This document shows positions 25,038 through 38,300 of a stretch of 64,000 bases of DNA, one piece after another (position 1 is the stretch's first letter; every line of letters begins with the position of its first letter). The notes below the pieces were generated by a model. It ran no database searches. It was given only the letters and a program-made list of their open reading frames with translations, and was not told the origin of the DNA. Origin of the DNA: Harriotta raleighana (lineage: Eukaryota); contig JBNZDD010013703.1 in assembly GCA_050575255.1 (NCBI GenBank), positions 6,707,502-6,771,501 on the forward strand, in the 5' to 3' direction. The position numbers and the translations under genes are program-made.

Positions 25038-25345
25038 TCAATTTACATTTGTATAGAACCTTTTATGTTGGGAGGATGTCTCAAAGTGCTTTGCAGGATT
25101 CAGTGTCAAGTTTAGTGTCAGTGTTTTTTGTAGGCAAATGTGGCATTCAATTTGTGCATAGCAAAGTCCAACAGACAGCTGTAAGAATTTAAGAATCCAT
25201 GCATTTAGCATACACAATTCACAAATATGAACCAAATGACCAGTTGTATCGAGGAGATTGTTGGCCAGGATCTATCAAATAATTAAATGGGATCTTTGAC
25301 GTCCACCTAGGCAGTAAAACAGACTTGGTTTTAATGTCTCAGTGC
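25038..25345 (-). mobile_element. Old Deu-domain SINE fragment
   Basis: ttggccagga..gggatctttgacgtccaccta..gacttggttttaatgtctca (antisense Deu core) plus tail. Confidence 0.65.
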
Positions 25346-25364
25346 ATTGCACTATGACTATCCT

Positions 25365-25920
25365 CATTGGGGTGGGGGGTTGGATTGAGTTAAGTGGAGT
25401 TTCCTTGGTGCAAAACTGACATGTTTGGCAATGGAATGTCGGAATTGAGCCACATTTCTGTGGCGGTCTCTGTTTCGGCTCCTGAGCCGGGCTGGACAGC
25501 AGTATTCCAGGGCACTGCTGATAACAACACAGCCAGCCTGGCTCATTGGTAGGACCTGGAAGAGGAGACCAGTCATTGGGTCAGTGTCTCTTTCCACTCA
25601 GCTCCTTTTAGACCTACAAGCCGCAGGAAAGCTTGCCAGACAGCCTTATCAATGGCAAGCTATGTGCATTTAGCTGGTTAGACTCCAGTAGTACCCCATC
25701 ATACACTCTGAGGTCCCCAAGGCTTGGTTCTTACCAATCCACTCCTAATACTTTCTGGAATTAGGTAACCAGGATGCGTCGCTTCCCGGAGTCAGTGCGC
25801 ATTCCATTCCGACAATCTATCTCTGAAATTTCCATGTGTAGGTGGGATGCATGGAATTCTCAGTTTGGTTTGGATACTCTTCAGTAACGGTTTTCCTTCA
25901 TGGTTTAGAAACCTGGCTGA
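25365..25920 (-). repeat. Unclassified ~550 bp dispersed repeat (family X, copy 1)
   Basis: Reverse complement contains cccacctacacatggaaa..gcatcctggttacctaattccagaaagtatt..ggagctgag..ggctcagga, shared with the copies at 27700, 34165, 37760 and 58215. Confidence 0.75.
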
Positions 25921-26483
25921 GCCTGCAAATAAAATCAACTGAAATAATTCACTGCTCTACTTAAGTTTATGGATTGTTCTGCAGGTTTTGAAACCTTGTA
26001 AATTCAATATGGCTGCTGGAAATAATTAGACATCTCCCTATTTACTGCTGAATTAAGACTGTAATTCCTAATCATCAAGAAGCCAGCAGGCTATGGCTGG
26101 GTTGAGGCGCAACAGCCATTGTAACAGAATCATGGGGGGAGAGAGGGTCATCTCTGGGACCAGTCAGGTGATTAAGGTATTGACTGGCTGCATTTTTTAA
26201 CAGTGTATTAATTAACATATCAAAGATTGCAATTTTCATCCCCATTGATCACATCAACAAAGCTGATATGTATTTAATCATGTGAGTAAACAGCTTGTTG
26301 CTGTTGTGGATGGAAAATTTTCATTCGGTTTTGAATTGATCTGACATGGATGCCTGCCTCACTNACAGGATGCCTGCCTCACTTGATGAGATGTGTTCAA
26401 TTGTGGCAACTGTAGGATAGGAAGTCTTACCCTCATAGTAACCACATGTATTGCTTTTATTGATATTAACCTTCAATATTCTG

Positions 26484-26775
26484 AATAATAATGCTTGCAT
26501 TTGATATGGCATATTATCATATCATCGACATATCGCAAAGTGCATACAGTGCGAAAGTGTAGTGAATGTGTATTTTGTGTGCGAAACATGACAGCCAAAT
26601 GTGTACAGCAGTGCCCCACAAACAGTTGAGGATTGAGTGACCATATTATTTTTATTTTTATTTTATTGCATTTTTTACGGGATTATTACTTTGGGAAAAG
26701 CAATCCTCCAATTGATGGACGACCAACTTCCTACTTGCTGTTAGGTAAACAGAGATGTCTGAAGTAAGAACAATT
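26484..26775 (-). mobile_element. SINE family A (long form), head missing
   Basis: ataataatgcttgcatttgatat...ttcctacttgctgttaggtaaacagag. Confidence 0.78.
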
Positions 26776-27699
26776 TTATGGCTTTGAGATCTCCTAAATA
26801 TGTAATCAAAGACACAGTAAAAGTATTTTCTATCCTTGATGAGTACCATATGGATTGACCTATCATCTCATATTTAAATATTCCTATTGTTATTCCTTTG
26901 CATTGAAACATATATGAACAGGACTAGGCCATTTGGGCAGTTGAGCCTTTCTCCCTATTTTATGTGGATTGCACCAGATCATTTAATCTAATTTCCCCAT
27001 ATTTTTAATACCCTTTCCAGCAATCTACAGTATGAGTAATCTTACTACATACAAGTCTTGATAAATGTCACCTGCTTGTGAGCTCCAATATAATCACATG
27101 CAGGGGAGAGTAAAGTGTCAAATAATTTTTATCTATCGGAGTGAGACCATGCTGATAATAAGATCCAAATCACAGATATAAATTCCAATATCATTAAAAC
27201 TTTAGCAGAAGTTACATCTTTTGGGAGTTTAAAACCTTTTCTATTCTGGCAGAGCTAGAGGTCTTAGTGTATTCAACAGCCTTATTGAATTCTATGATTT
27301 ACAGGTCTTACATTCTGCAGAACAATCCATAAATTTAGCATCATATCTGAGCAAAAGATGTTTTTAAGCATTGTATTTGTATTTCAGTTCATTATGCAAT
27401 TTAATGTCCGAAGCAGTGATATAACAAATGTATTGATTGCAATTTTGTACTCAGTGTATGCATGTTGTTCTCTGATCTCATTCACATTCCCTATGAGGCC
27501 GTCTTGTATGATCATTGCTATCATGCTACTGCATTTAGTGTTGGATCATTAGAACAAATTTTCCTTCTTTTCCGCTCAGTCTTCAGTTGTCAGATCTGGT
27601 AAGTGGTTTGCCAATAAGTTAGAAAGTACTGCTGAAATATTGGATAATAATTTATAAAGCTATGTAAACAGAGGAGCCTGAAATAAATAAACTTTGATC

Positions 27700-28066
27700 A
27701 CTTGCTCAGCCAGTGAAGACAATCAATGGCCCGCACATAATTTCTATTTGGTCAGCAGTATGTCTGATATGTATAGAAACCAATCACAATACCCAAGAGA
27801 GACCAAACAAGAGGGTTCCAGATATGTACACCACCTACACATGGAAATGTTTGTAATAGAATGCACACTCTCCTTTCTTATCTAATTCCAGAGAGTATTG
27901 GGTGTTGGTTAGCGAGAGGTTTGGGGACTGCTGTAGATTAACTAGCTAAATCATATAGCTTGCCACTGAGAGTATTGTCTAGAAAGCTGCTTGTCTTTAG
28001 ACCATCTTATCCTTGTAAGGTTTGAGCTTGCAGGAGCTGAATGTGAAGAATCCCTACTCCCAGCAC
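27700..28066 (+). repeat. Family X copy 2
   Basis: ttggtcagc..ccacctacacatggaaat..tctaattccagagagtatt..catatagcttgccactga..ggagctgaatgtgaagaatccctactccc. Confidence 0.7.
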
Positions 28067-28203
28067 CTCCCAAGAATGCCTTTAACAAAGTCTTCATATA
28101 CACAATTAACCTTTGTTTTCACTCTGGTTTCTGACGAGTTGGGATACAGAGAATTAGACTCAATGTGAATCATTCTGCTGTCAGCATCATCTCCCTGCAT
28201 CCT

Positions 28204-28516
28204 AATAATAATCCTTGCATTTGATACAGCGCTTTTCACATCTTGCAGATCTTTCAAAACGCTTCACATAATATGCTGGAAAGTTATTTGACTGTATATT
28301 TATGGGTGAAACACGGCAGCCAATCATGCACGGAGCCAATCGTGTCTCCCATATACAGTGGTGGATTGAAGTGACCGATTTATTACTTTTTCTTCTTGAG
28401 GGATTATTATCTGGCATGTGCAGTAAGGAAACTTCCCCAAGATTTTGCCCTACGAGGAATCGAACCCAGGTCTCTCGCTGATGAGGTGAATGCTCTAACC
28501 ACTGAGCTACACAATT
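28204..28516 (-). mobile_element. SINE family A (short form)
   Basis: Tail at 28204; head ggaatcgaacccaggtctctcgc..gctctaaccactgagctac. Confidence 0.88.
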
Positions 28517-29416
28517 CCTAATACTTTATATCCACATATACTTTTACTAAACCAAGCAACATAGCAAGAACGCTTCGCTGCATTCCCTCCATAACCTGCT
28601 GGGATATGAGGCCAAATTCCACATATAACATTTATGAAGGTTTCACAACCGATTGGTTTCATTGCATCTTTTACAGTCAATTGTAGGTCTGAGATCAACC
28701 TCAATCAATTTTCACAGCAGTCCCCCTTTGTATGTTCACTGTTTATTTCTCCAAATACTGCAATAGTATAGGGAAACACTCAGTTCTGTGCTGAGAGTAC
28801 TTTTCCTGAATTGTGCAGTATGTCAGAATTGCTTGGAAAAATTTGCGATTTTAAAGTGAACATCTCTGAAAGGTAAGGGCCTCCAGGTCTTGGCATTAAA
28901 TCTTATAATACTCTGTCATTATCTGAGAGACGGAGGTGTTGTGTATCTAGGTGCTGCAGAATCATTTGTATTTTATCATGCTGGTAAAAGTCAGGTTCTG
29001 CAAGATGTTTATTCCAATATCCTGCAGGAGGTAACATCCTAGATTAGACGACAATGCTGACATCTTAATATGATCTTAAATCTGCATTGATCTTAACAAC
29101 GTCTTTGATTTAGAAAGATATATTCAATATAATCCACAAATAATAAATGGTAAGTTTCTTGATCCTTTATTTTCTGCTACTTGATGTGGCGAGTGGCATT
29201 AATAATATTAGCTTGTGGAGTACAACATGTAATAGTGACATTAGTGAGTGTGTCACTGGTCTGAGGGAATCACCAGGTATGAGAATATGAGTCCAATTGT
29301 CCATCAGGATTTAGCTACTTACTTATGGAAACTATTGGCAAGCATTCATTTCTTCGCCAGTGGCCGTAACCAATTCATTTGGTGTGAATTTTCTCTACAT
29401 AATAATAATCTGTCTA

Positions 29417-29643
29417 CAGGCAGTCCTCAAGTTACGACGTTCCGAGGTACGACAATTCGAAGTTGCGACGCTTAGTATCAGTAAAATTACGTCCGAGTTA
29501 CATCCAAAGTCTCGAAGTTACAACACTACAACCAATCACTGTATGTTACTGTAAGCATTATAGCGGGTGACTTGACTTACATACAAGTTCGACTTACACC
29601 ACATCTTAGGAACCTAACCCTGACGTAACTTGAGGACTGCCTG
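29417..29643. mobile_element. Tigger/pogo-like (Tc1-mariner) MITE, 227 bp
   Basis: Perfect 20-bp TIRs CAGGCAGTCCTCAAGTTACG (29417-29436) / CGTAACTTGAGGACTGCCTG (29624-29643), TA on both sides, inserted in a SINE tail. Confidence 0.92.
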
Positions 29644-29944
29644 TATTTGATATAACACCTTATCATGTAATTGAGATGCCTCAAAGAGCTTCACAGAATA
29701 TACATTTAAAAGTGGATTGACTGTGTATTTTGCAGGCAAAATGCGGCAGCTAATTGGGCACATCAGAGTCATAAGAATATAAAAACATAAGTGTTTGCTA
29801 GGCATAAGGACACCAAGGTCCATCCAGTTTGTCTTGACATATTGGATCCCAAACTATATATTGTAACCCGAGATATTATTTAATTATAGAAATGCATCTA
29901 ATCAACACTTTCTGAGATCCTATATCTTTACTCGGAAGGTAATC

Positions 29945-30080
29945 AATAATAGGTTTCCAGCAAGGGTGGATGAAGCCAGGATATTGGACTCATTTATAAA
30001 GAAATTGATGGTGTGATGGTGGGGTTATGGTGAGTATTCTGAAAGGAAGAGGTTGGATGGGCCAAAGGTCCACCTTCAAC
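29945..30080 (+). mobile_element. Old CR1 3' remnant
   Basis: ccagcaagggtggatgaagccagg..tcatttataaagaaattgat..ggttatgg..gatgggccaaagg. Confidence 0.5.
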
Positions 30081-30272
30081 AATTTTGTGAAAAGACCCAT
30101 GGACAAATGACTAGAGGCTAAGATCATGAGAGGAATCAGGCTTTATGTTAAATTTCAATATTTTGGTAGGAATGCGGTTGTCTCCATATGGGTTGTAGTT
30201 GTAACTAGTTATCTTTACATTCATTGTTTAACACATACTCATACTTGACCTTTTCATTTCTTTGAATCCTAG

Positions 30273-31034
<762 letters not shown>

Positions 31035-31600
31035 GGGTGAAGTGGTTGAAATCTGAGAAAGGGGTTATTGTAATTATGTTATTGTAATGAATTCTATATC
31101 CTAGTCTTCATTTGTATGAATGGTTTGTACTGTATATAGTTTATCCAGTGTTATTTGAGCTACCTATGAACATTATCTTGTAACTGTCTCTCTGCTTGTT
31201 TATGGTTTAAAGAACAAATGAAATGAAGATAAAGTTTTATTTGTGTAGCTGTTCTAGCTTACAACAAACTCATGTACAAACCAATTATTGAGATTAATGT
31301 ACCTGGTGAGCTGACTATTGGAAGACCAATTTAAGAGGTAGACATATACCATATTACTCATTGTCTGTATTAAAGTATTTTATTTCTGGAAATATATGTA
31401 AATAGGAATAAAATACTGAAAGATTTCAGTTTGAAAATTTGAATATACTCCAATTATATCACTTTAATAATTACTGCAGCCTTTTCCAAGGAGTTTTAAT
31501 TTCAGGGATGAATGTTGGTACTGGGACATCCAATCCAGGACGACATCCGAATGTAAGTTGCGTACTCTGTAATAAACACAAATTTACATTCAGAACAAAC
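31035..31600 (+). other. NXPH1: NXPH1 3'UTR with candidate poly(A) signals
   Basis: Repeat-free AT-rich sequence after the stop. ATTAAA 31369-31374, AATAAA 31407-31412 and AATAAA 31571-31576. The true 3' end is unknown. Confidence 0.6.
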
Positions 31601-33462
31601 ATTTAGCACCAATGTTATGGCAAAAGCAGCTACTGAGCCACAGAACAGTAAGATGATCATTTTGTCCATACACAAAATAACACAGCGACATCACTTTACA
31701 ATATATTCTGTAGGCACTTTGAGACATCCCAATGACTTGCTAAAACTGCAGATCAGTTGCAAGGGTTTAAAAAAATATTTAGAGTAATTATTTTTGTGGT
31801 AAATGAGTGTTGGCTGATGACGCAATAGTAGCTATTGTCATATTGTCACCACGAAAGCTGACCATCATGAATCCAGCTGTGTTTTTCAAGCCAATTGTAT
31901 TCTCAGAACACCTCAAAACAAATAGTAAAAGTGCGGTAGACAAACCCTTTGAGGTCCAGGCCTACATTTATAGTTGAAGTTCCACATCAACTTTACATAG
32001 GCATTGCAGCACTTGCAATTTTTTAAAGTCTTGACATGAGTTCATTCGTCATTGATCTGTTCTGTTTTAGTAGGATGTTTTTCACTCAATTATTCGTGGT
32101 TTTATGAACATACTAAAAAATACAATGGCCAGGTGAAACGGGCAACAAGAATGATTCAGAGCTAATTAAAATCTTTCTATATGATTGTTAATTTCAGGGG
32201 AATCTAAAAAATGTATTTAATAATAATATGCATTTGATGAACTTCCATTTATTCAATTCCTGAATGGCCAACTACATAAACATTAATGTGTCAATAGATA
32301 GGAACCTCAGCTCAAATTTTGCCACCACAAATGGCTACGAAGCTGAATGAAATGACACATTGGGTCTAATTTACACAGTGGGTATAAATTACACATTTAA
32401 TGTCTAATTTGCAAAAGCTGTTAATTGCTTTGCAAACTGGTGTTCTTGCACTTGCTTGGAAGTGTTGGAAACTGAGCTGCTGGAATTTTGCACTGACATG
32501 GATCTCATGAGGCTAACAGATTATCCTGCTGCCCACGGATCACCAGAGTGAAATTCCAGACTTTGACTCATGGATTTAATTGCAGGAAAGATGAAAACAA
32601 ATCTATTTGTACCTCTTAACAACTAGATCCCAACATGTTATGCGTTGAATGTTGATGAATTAATTCACTGTGATCATCATAGTAAGATGAACGAGAACAC
32701 ACTACAACACAATATTTTCTGATGTGTTTTAAAATGAACCTTTTTATTCTGCATAGTTTTCCCTCCATTCGGCGATGTAATTGAACAAATCTTCCGAGTT
32801 TATATAATAATAATAATAATCCTTGCATTTGATATAGCGCTTTTCACATTTTATCAACGTCCCAAAGCGCTTAAACAGAATATATTGTAAACATAAATAT
32901 ATTATGTTCTGTATATGATAAGCCTCCTGGCTTTGGGACTACATTGGTGCCAAAATTAACTATGGCAGAATACATCTGGTCCTCCAGCTTTGTGGAGATG
33001 GCAAGCATGAGGGAATGGTGAAGACACAGGGTAATTGCAAACAAATGTTCACAATATACAAATATTTCAATGAATGATTATTTAAAATGCATTTCTATTC
33101 ACCTCATTGCAATATTCAAAATTGCTGGAATCTCCTCATAACCAGTAGAAAACAACTTTATAACTTCCGTTAGTAAAATGAGATAATCATAATTCCAATT
33201 GGATATTCACAACAACAACATTACATTAATAGACAGCCATTCACTCCGAAAGTCTTATTCACAACACGTTAGCTTGGAAACTAATGTCCAATACAATAGC
33301 AATTGAAAGCCTTTGCTGATTGCTTTCTAAATGGGAGGTTATTAGTGAGTATAGAAACTGGAGAGTTCAATCAGAATAGCAAATGACAATAATGCTTTCA
33401 AAAACATAAAAATAAACTATATCTTTTTGGTGTTGTACAGTATATTGTTCATAATAGCATTA

Positions 33463-33685
33463 CAGAGGCTCAAACATTCTCATGGTCTTAGCCTTAAGAT
33501 CATTGACTTAAAACTGAAGAATATTTCCCCAATATTAGAGAAGTCTTAAATTCAGTCTTAATTTGGAACACTATTCTTTTTGAGAACTGCAAATTAAGTC
33601 TGAATTTCAGGAATTACCAAACTTATGCATAACCTTAACTTTTAAGACCAATGGTTTCACAGGTAAAACTTGAGAAATTTGGGGA
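33463..33685. mobile_element. CTTAAG-rich foldback/MITE-like element (copy 2)
   Basis: cagaggctcaaacattctcatggtcttagccttaagatcattg...gtcttaaattc...ttaagacc.. Confidence 0.5.
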
Positions 33686-34164
33686 TTCAAATTTGTTTTA
33701 AAATAATAACTAAATCCTTTCTGTGATTTACTATAAAATGCTGCGACTGCGAGTTTAAATTGAAACAATGGCAGACTTTATTATTGATTCTTGGTGGTGA
33801 AGATCTCATTTAATGCAGATTCAATGCACAAGCATTTTTGAACTTAAAACATCATGGAAGTAGAATTTTTTGAAAAATGTAAACATTGCATGATTAAATG
33901 TTACTTTCCCCCCAGTATAACATCAGGAGTCATTAATTACAGGCCAGTTTTTTTCCTAACCCGTTAATTCGCTTCCACAGAAGATAATGATGCAAAGGAT
34001 GTTTGAACCTGCAGTTATCTTGCAAATGGTGAGTAACTGATGATAATTATCTTGAAATATTAATTAATGCAAAATCTGAGTCTGTCTTATTTTTCTGTAA
34101 TTGCTTTATTTATAGAAGTAATTTAATAGCTGGAAAATGTCTGAAATATCAACGCCACATAAAA

Positions 34165-34440
34165 TTTATTTTGGTTGGCTGGATGTCTGACATATGCAGA
34201 TGCTTAAGCGTATTGAATCCAAACTGAGACTTTGAGCATCCCACCTACACATGGAAACCCCAGAGATAGATTGTTGCAATGGAATGCGCTCTCTCTCCCT
34301 GGAAGGATGCATCCTGCTTACCTGATTCTGGAAAGTATTAGGCCTGGATTGGCAAGAGTCGAGGCTTGGGGTCTTCGGAGTATATGTTGGGATATTGTTG
34401 ACATCTAACCACCTAAACCACATAGGACAATTAAACACTA
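34165..34440 (+). repeat. Family X copy 3 (5' half, ending at the adjacent MITE)
   Basis: gcatcccacctacacatggaaaccccagagatagattgttgcaatggaatgcgc..ggatgcatcctgcttacctgattctggaaagtattagg. Confidence 0.75.
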
Positions 34441-34442
34441 TA

Positions 34443-34732
34443 CAGTAAAATCTCGATAATCCCACTTTCCGAAAGCCGGCAACTCCCTAAAACTGGGAAG
34501 ATTTCAAAATACAAACAACATAAATTTTTCTCAGATGTCCGGCAAATCCCCCAAAGTTCGGAGCAGCTGCTTGCAGTTCACCCTGGGGCTGCTCTGCTAT
34601 CTGGTGCTCTGGTTGCCATTCATGTGTGGTGGGGCTTCAACAAGCATTTCGAGGGTAGGTTCTAAATTCTGGTAAACTCCGAAATCCGGAGGTAAGTGGG
34701 CCCAACCATGTCGGATTATTGAGGTTTTACTG
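34443..34732. mobile_element. Tigger/pogo-like MITE, 290 bp
   Basis: TIRs CAGTAAAATCTCGATAATCC / GGATTATTGAGGTTTTACTG (18/20 match); TA at 34441-34442 and 34733-34734. Confidence 0.88.
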
Positions 34733-34740
34733 TACTGCGA

Positions 34741-35147
34741 TTTAGATTCATAGAAGTTTACGGCACAAAAGGAGGCCATTCGGCCCATCTAGTCTGTGCC
34801 GGCTCTTTGAAAAGAGCGATTTAATCCCACTGCCCTGCTCGCTCCCCATAGCCTAATAGACCTGTTCTCCCTAAATAAAGATCTAATTCCCTTTTAAAAG
34901 TTGTTATCGAATCAGCCTCCACCACCTTTTCAGGCAATGCATTCCAGATTCGAACAACTCGCTGAGTGAAAAAATTTCTCCTCAGCTCCCCTCTACTTCG
35001 CTTTGAAACTATTTTAAATCTGTGACCACGAGTCACAGATTCGCCCACGAGTGGAAATAGTTTTTCTCTATTTGCCCTGTCGAAACCCCTCATGATCTTA
35101 TAAACCTCTATTAGGTCTCCCCTCAATCTTCTCTGTTCTAGAGAGAA
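34741..35147 (-). mobile_element. Young 5'-truncated CR1 LINE (intact ORF2 C-terminus + 3'UTR)
   Basis: Uninterrupted FSLEQRRLRGDLIEVYKIMRGFDRANREKLFPLVGESVTRGHRFKIVSKRSRGELRRNFFTQRVVRIWNALPEKVVEADSITTFKRELDLYL..GYGERAGQWD*, plus the gatgggccgaatggcctcc 3'UTR. Confidence 0.95.
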
Positions 35148-36534
35148 TTTCTCACACAATGTTCCAGGGTGCACTGATTGTATGGAGGAAGCAGGAAGCA
35201 AAGACTGTTCAACTGCACAAACGCACTAACTAATGTGGTGCAGTGACGAGCAATTTCTCTACAACCGTTTGTTGCCTTTCACTTTACTGGAGAAAATGTC
35301 CAACATTGTGTGAAAGCTCATCTGTCAGGTAGTTAACGCCAGCCACAGTTTCTCAAATCCCTATTTCCACGATTAAAAGCTGGTCAGAATTTGAATACTA
35401 GTGAACCACTGACTCACTGGTTATTAAAATGATAGTTTGCGGCTGTTNCAGCCACAGTTTCTCAAATCCCTATTTCCACGATTAAAAGCTGGTCAGAATT
35501 TGAATACCTAGTGAACCACTGACTCACTGGTTATTAAAATGATAGTTTGCGGCTGTTAAAAGAAAACTTGTAATGTACTTCATAGCTCTCCTTTGCGTTT
35601 CACAGTGGATCTGCATGTAATGAAATTCCATTGAGTAAATGGGCCTCTGGAAAGATACATTGTAGCTGCTGTTTTGAAGCTGCGAAGATGAAATGATGAT
35701 CAGTCTCATTCAGAACAGCATTAACCTAATGAATACCTAATGAAGTTTTCATTTAGCGTATGATTTAGTGTTTTACTTAGTTTGAAAAATTTATTGTATA
35801 AAAAGGTTAATGCTTTACATTCTTAACTGGTACTCTCATCTACGATACTATTTTGTTTCTTTTGGCGATTCAAATGAATGGTAAATCATAATAATAATAA
35901 TAAGATTGCATTTGATATAGTGCTTTTCACATCTTCTAGACTTCTCAATGAGCTTCACGGAATATACTGCAAAGTGAATTGACTGTTTATTTGTGGGTGA
36001 AAATTAACTAAAGATTAACCATGCGTTCTAACCTCCAAATTACTGTCAAAGTATTTGGCTTGTCAATGTGATCATCCACATTGGTATTGCAATCAACCAG
36101 GCTTGTGCTAACAGTGCTGGGAAAGCTGCATCATTCAAGATCACATTTTAATCTTGTAACAAGATTACAACTGATGTGATTCCTCAGAAATTCACTGCCG
36201 GGTGGACTCTGGATTTCTGATTGTGACTGTTACAGATGTTTTCTGAGGATCTCAGTCAGGATTTTGAATATTTAACTTTAAATTGTTTCTGCTGCGCCTC
36301 CATGCAGAGATATCACAACATGAAATGCAATATTCGTATGAAGCAAATAATAACTCTCTCACAAGTCAAGGTTCTCTCCTTCAGGTTTTGTCACCAAAAC
36401 AATTCAATAATTAAAAGTAATTATTATTTTAGATTTACGAGATGAAAACATCTCAAATCTTCTAAATGTTTTGGTAATTTTAAATATTCCACCACATTGG
36501 ATTTACAATTTCCTGTTCCATCAGTTATTTGTAA

Positions 36535-36850
36535 CAAGAACAAACAACAACATTACACTTGTATAGAGTCTTTCACATCAGGAGGACTTCACAAGTTGCT
36601 GGACAGTCATTATTTCAGACCTAATTTGAGGACAGGCAAGGTGGAGGGAAAGGGAGGGATTTGGAGTGGCCAATGGGGCCATCGAAGAGGAGGGTGTTGA
36701 GGCAGGACTTGAAGGAGGCCTTGAAGGGGCGAGGCGGAGGGATTGCAGGATGGAGTTCCAGAGGTTGGGGGCAGAGTGGCTGAAAGATCGCCCGCCAATG
36801 GTGGGGCAGGTGAGTCGGGGGACGTGGAACAAGCTGGAGCCTGCTGAGCA
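36535..36850 (-). mobile_element. L2-clade 3' end
   Basis: HVPRLTCPTIGGRSFSHSAPNLWNSILQSLRLAPS; (AAC)n tail. Confidence 0.87.
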
Positions 36851-37759
36851 GAACACAAGGAAAGGAAGTTTAAGGGCATTAAGGATGTATTATATTGGGA
36901 GATCTGGAAAAAGAATGAGTTCGAATAAAGAATAAGAGGGTTGTTTTTTATAGAAAGGTTGACGCAAGTGCTGTAGAAATGTAAATACTGTAATGCTTTG
37001 CCAAAATGAAAGATTAGTTGCAGTATAGATTTAGGAAATATAGATTTTACAATCCCATGCTTGTTAGTAGTTATTTTGCTATATGGGAGGCTGTTACAGC
37101 TGATCCTCTTGCATGTCATCCATCAACAGCAGCAATACCCATTTATATACTACGTTCCTGGTAGGATAATGTCTTAGAATGGCTGTAGAGTGGCAGGATT
37201 AGATGCCAAACAAGGGATAAATCTTGGGTAAATCATGGGGCATCATCCCTGAGCTGAATCTCTAAAACAGATTCCCCTGCTTCGCTTCTTCTTCAAATAT
37301 TTGTTGATTTGTTTTAGAAGCGATCTGAGAGACATTACCCTGTGCGCGGAGAGTTATATACATGCAAGTAATTGTTGTTGTTATCCATCTCTGTTGAAGG
37401 GTGAAGGGTGAATGGAATAATACTCTTATGCATGGTTATGCGTTTCCGCATGTGCCAGACAGACGGGTGATACACAGAAACAAATTGTTTTAAAAGCTCT
37501 TGTAGATTTTAGTTTGTGTCTCAGATGACAGTTTTGGTCAAATATTGCATACCTTAGTGACCTTTTATGAGTTTTCTAAACTCTCTTGTTCTTTTAAAAT
37601 GTATGTACTCTAACTCCATCTCCCAGATCAGTTCATGATGTTGAACATCTCCCTTCAACCTCAAAAACAGCTCTGATGTCTCTACTCTCTCCTCATGTGG
37701 GCAGTATGAAGTAGAAAAAAAAGGTGTTGAAAGAATGATTTATACTTTTTTCCTTATCC

Positions 37760-38300
37760 TCCTGGGGGGTGGGGTCAGTAGACAAGAGTATTCTTTGAGC
37801 TGAGCTGGATCCAAGTAGATGTGCTTGGCAAAGTAATGTTGGAATCGATTCAATATTCTGTGCCAGACTTTGTATTGGGGTAGAATACTCTTTGGCTTGT
37901 CAGTGGGACTTGCAGGGACAGACCAAGCACAGAGGGGGCTAGGTATTATTATACTTGGCCCTGTTACCCCTGAAGTTCAAAGGCCTAATGGGTAGGCTAG
38001 ACTGAGCTGGACATGCCATGTGGTTTCAGCTGGTTAACTCTCCAAACCAAACCTTGGCTCTTGCAATCTGTGCCCAATTCTTTCCAGTATTAGGTAAACA
38101 CAGTGCATCCTGATGAGACATGAAAGCACATTCTGTTCGAGACACAGGAACATTTCCATGTGTGAGTGATACACATATGTGGATCTCTGTCTGGCCTGGA
38201 TACTTTTAACCACAGGTTGGTCTCCGCATGGTGATAGGTCTCCGCATGTGTGACATTCAGCTGACCAAAAAGAAATCCCAACCTGGGCTGTTAAGAAACT
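37760..38300 (-). repeat. Family X copy 4
   Basis: Reverse complement: tttggtcagctgaatgtc..cacacatggaaatg..ggatgcactgtgtttacctaatactggaaagaattggg..ttaaccagctgaaaccacat..ttccaacattactttgccaagcacat..ccccacccc. Confidence 0.65.

Larger units (their letters stand above)
1..30272 (+). other. NXPH1: Probable 3' part of the large NXPH1 intron preceding the terminal exon
   Basis: The exon begins at a phase-0 acceptor with no start codon. No signal-peptide exon was recognised upstream, and this intron is very large in mammals (inference). Confidence 0.6.

Noticed and set aside
34821-35201. 126-aa minus-strand ORF as a host gene
   Set aside because: It is the C-terminus of CR1 ORF2 from a 5'-truncated insertion.
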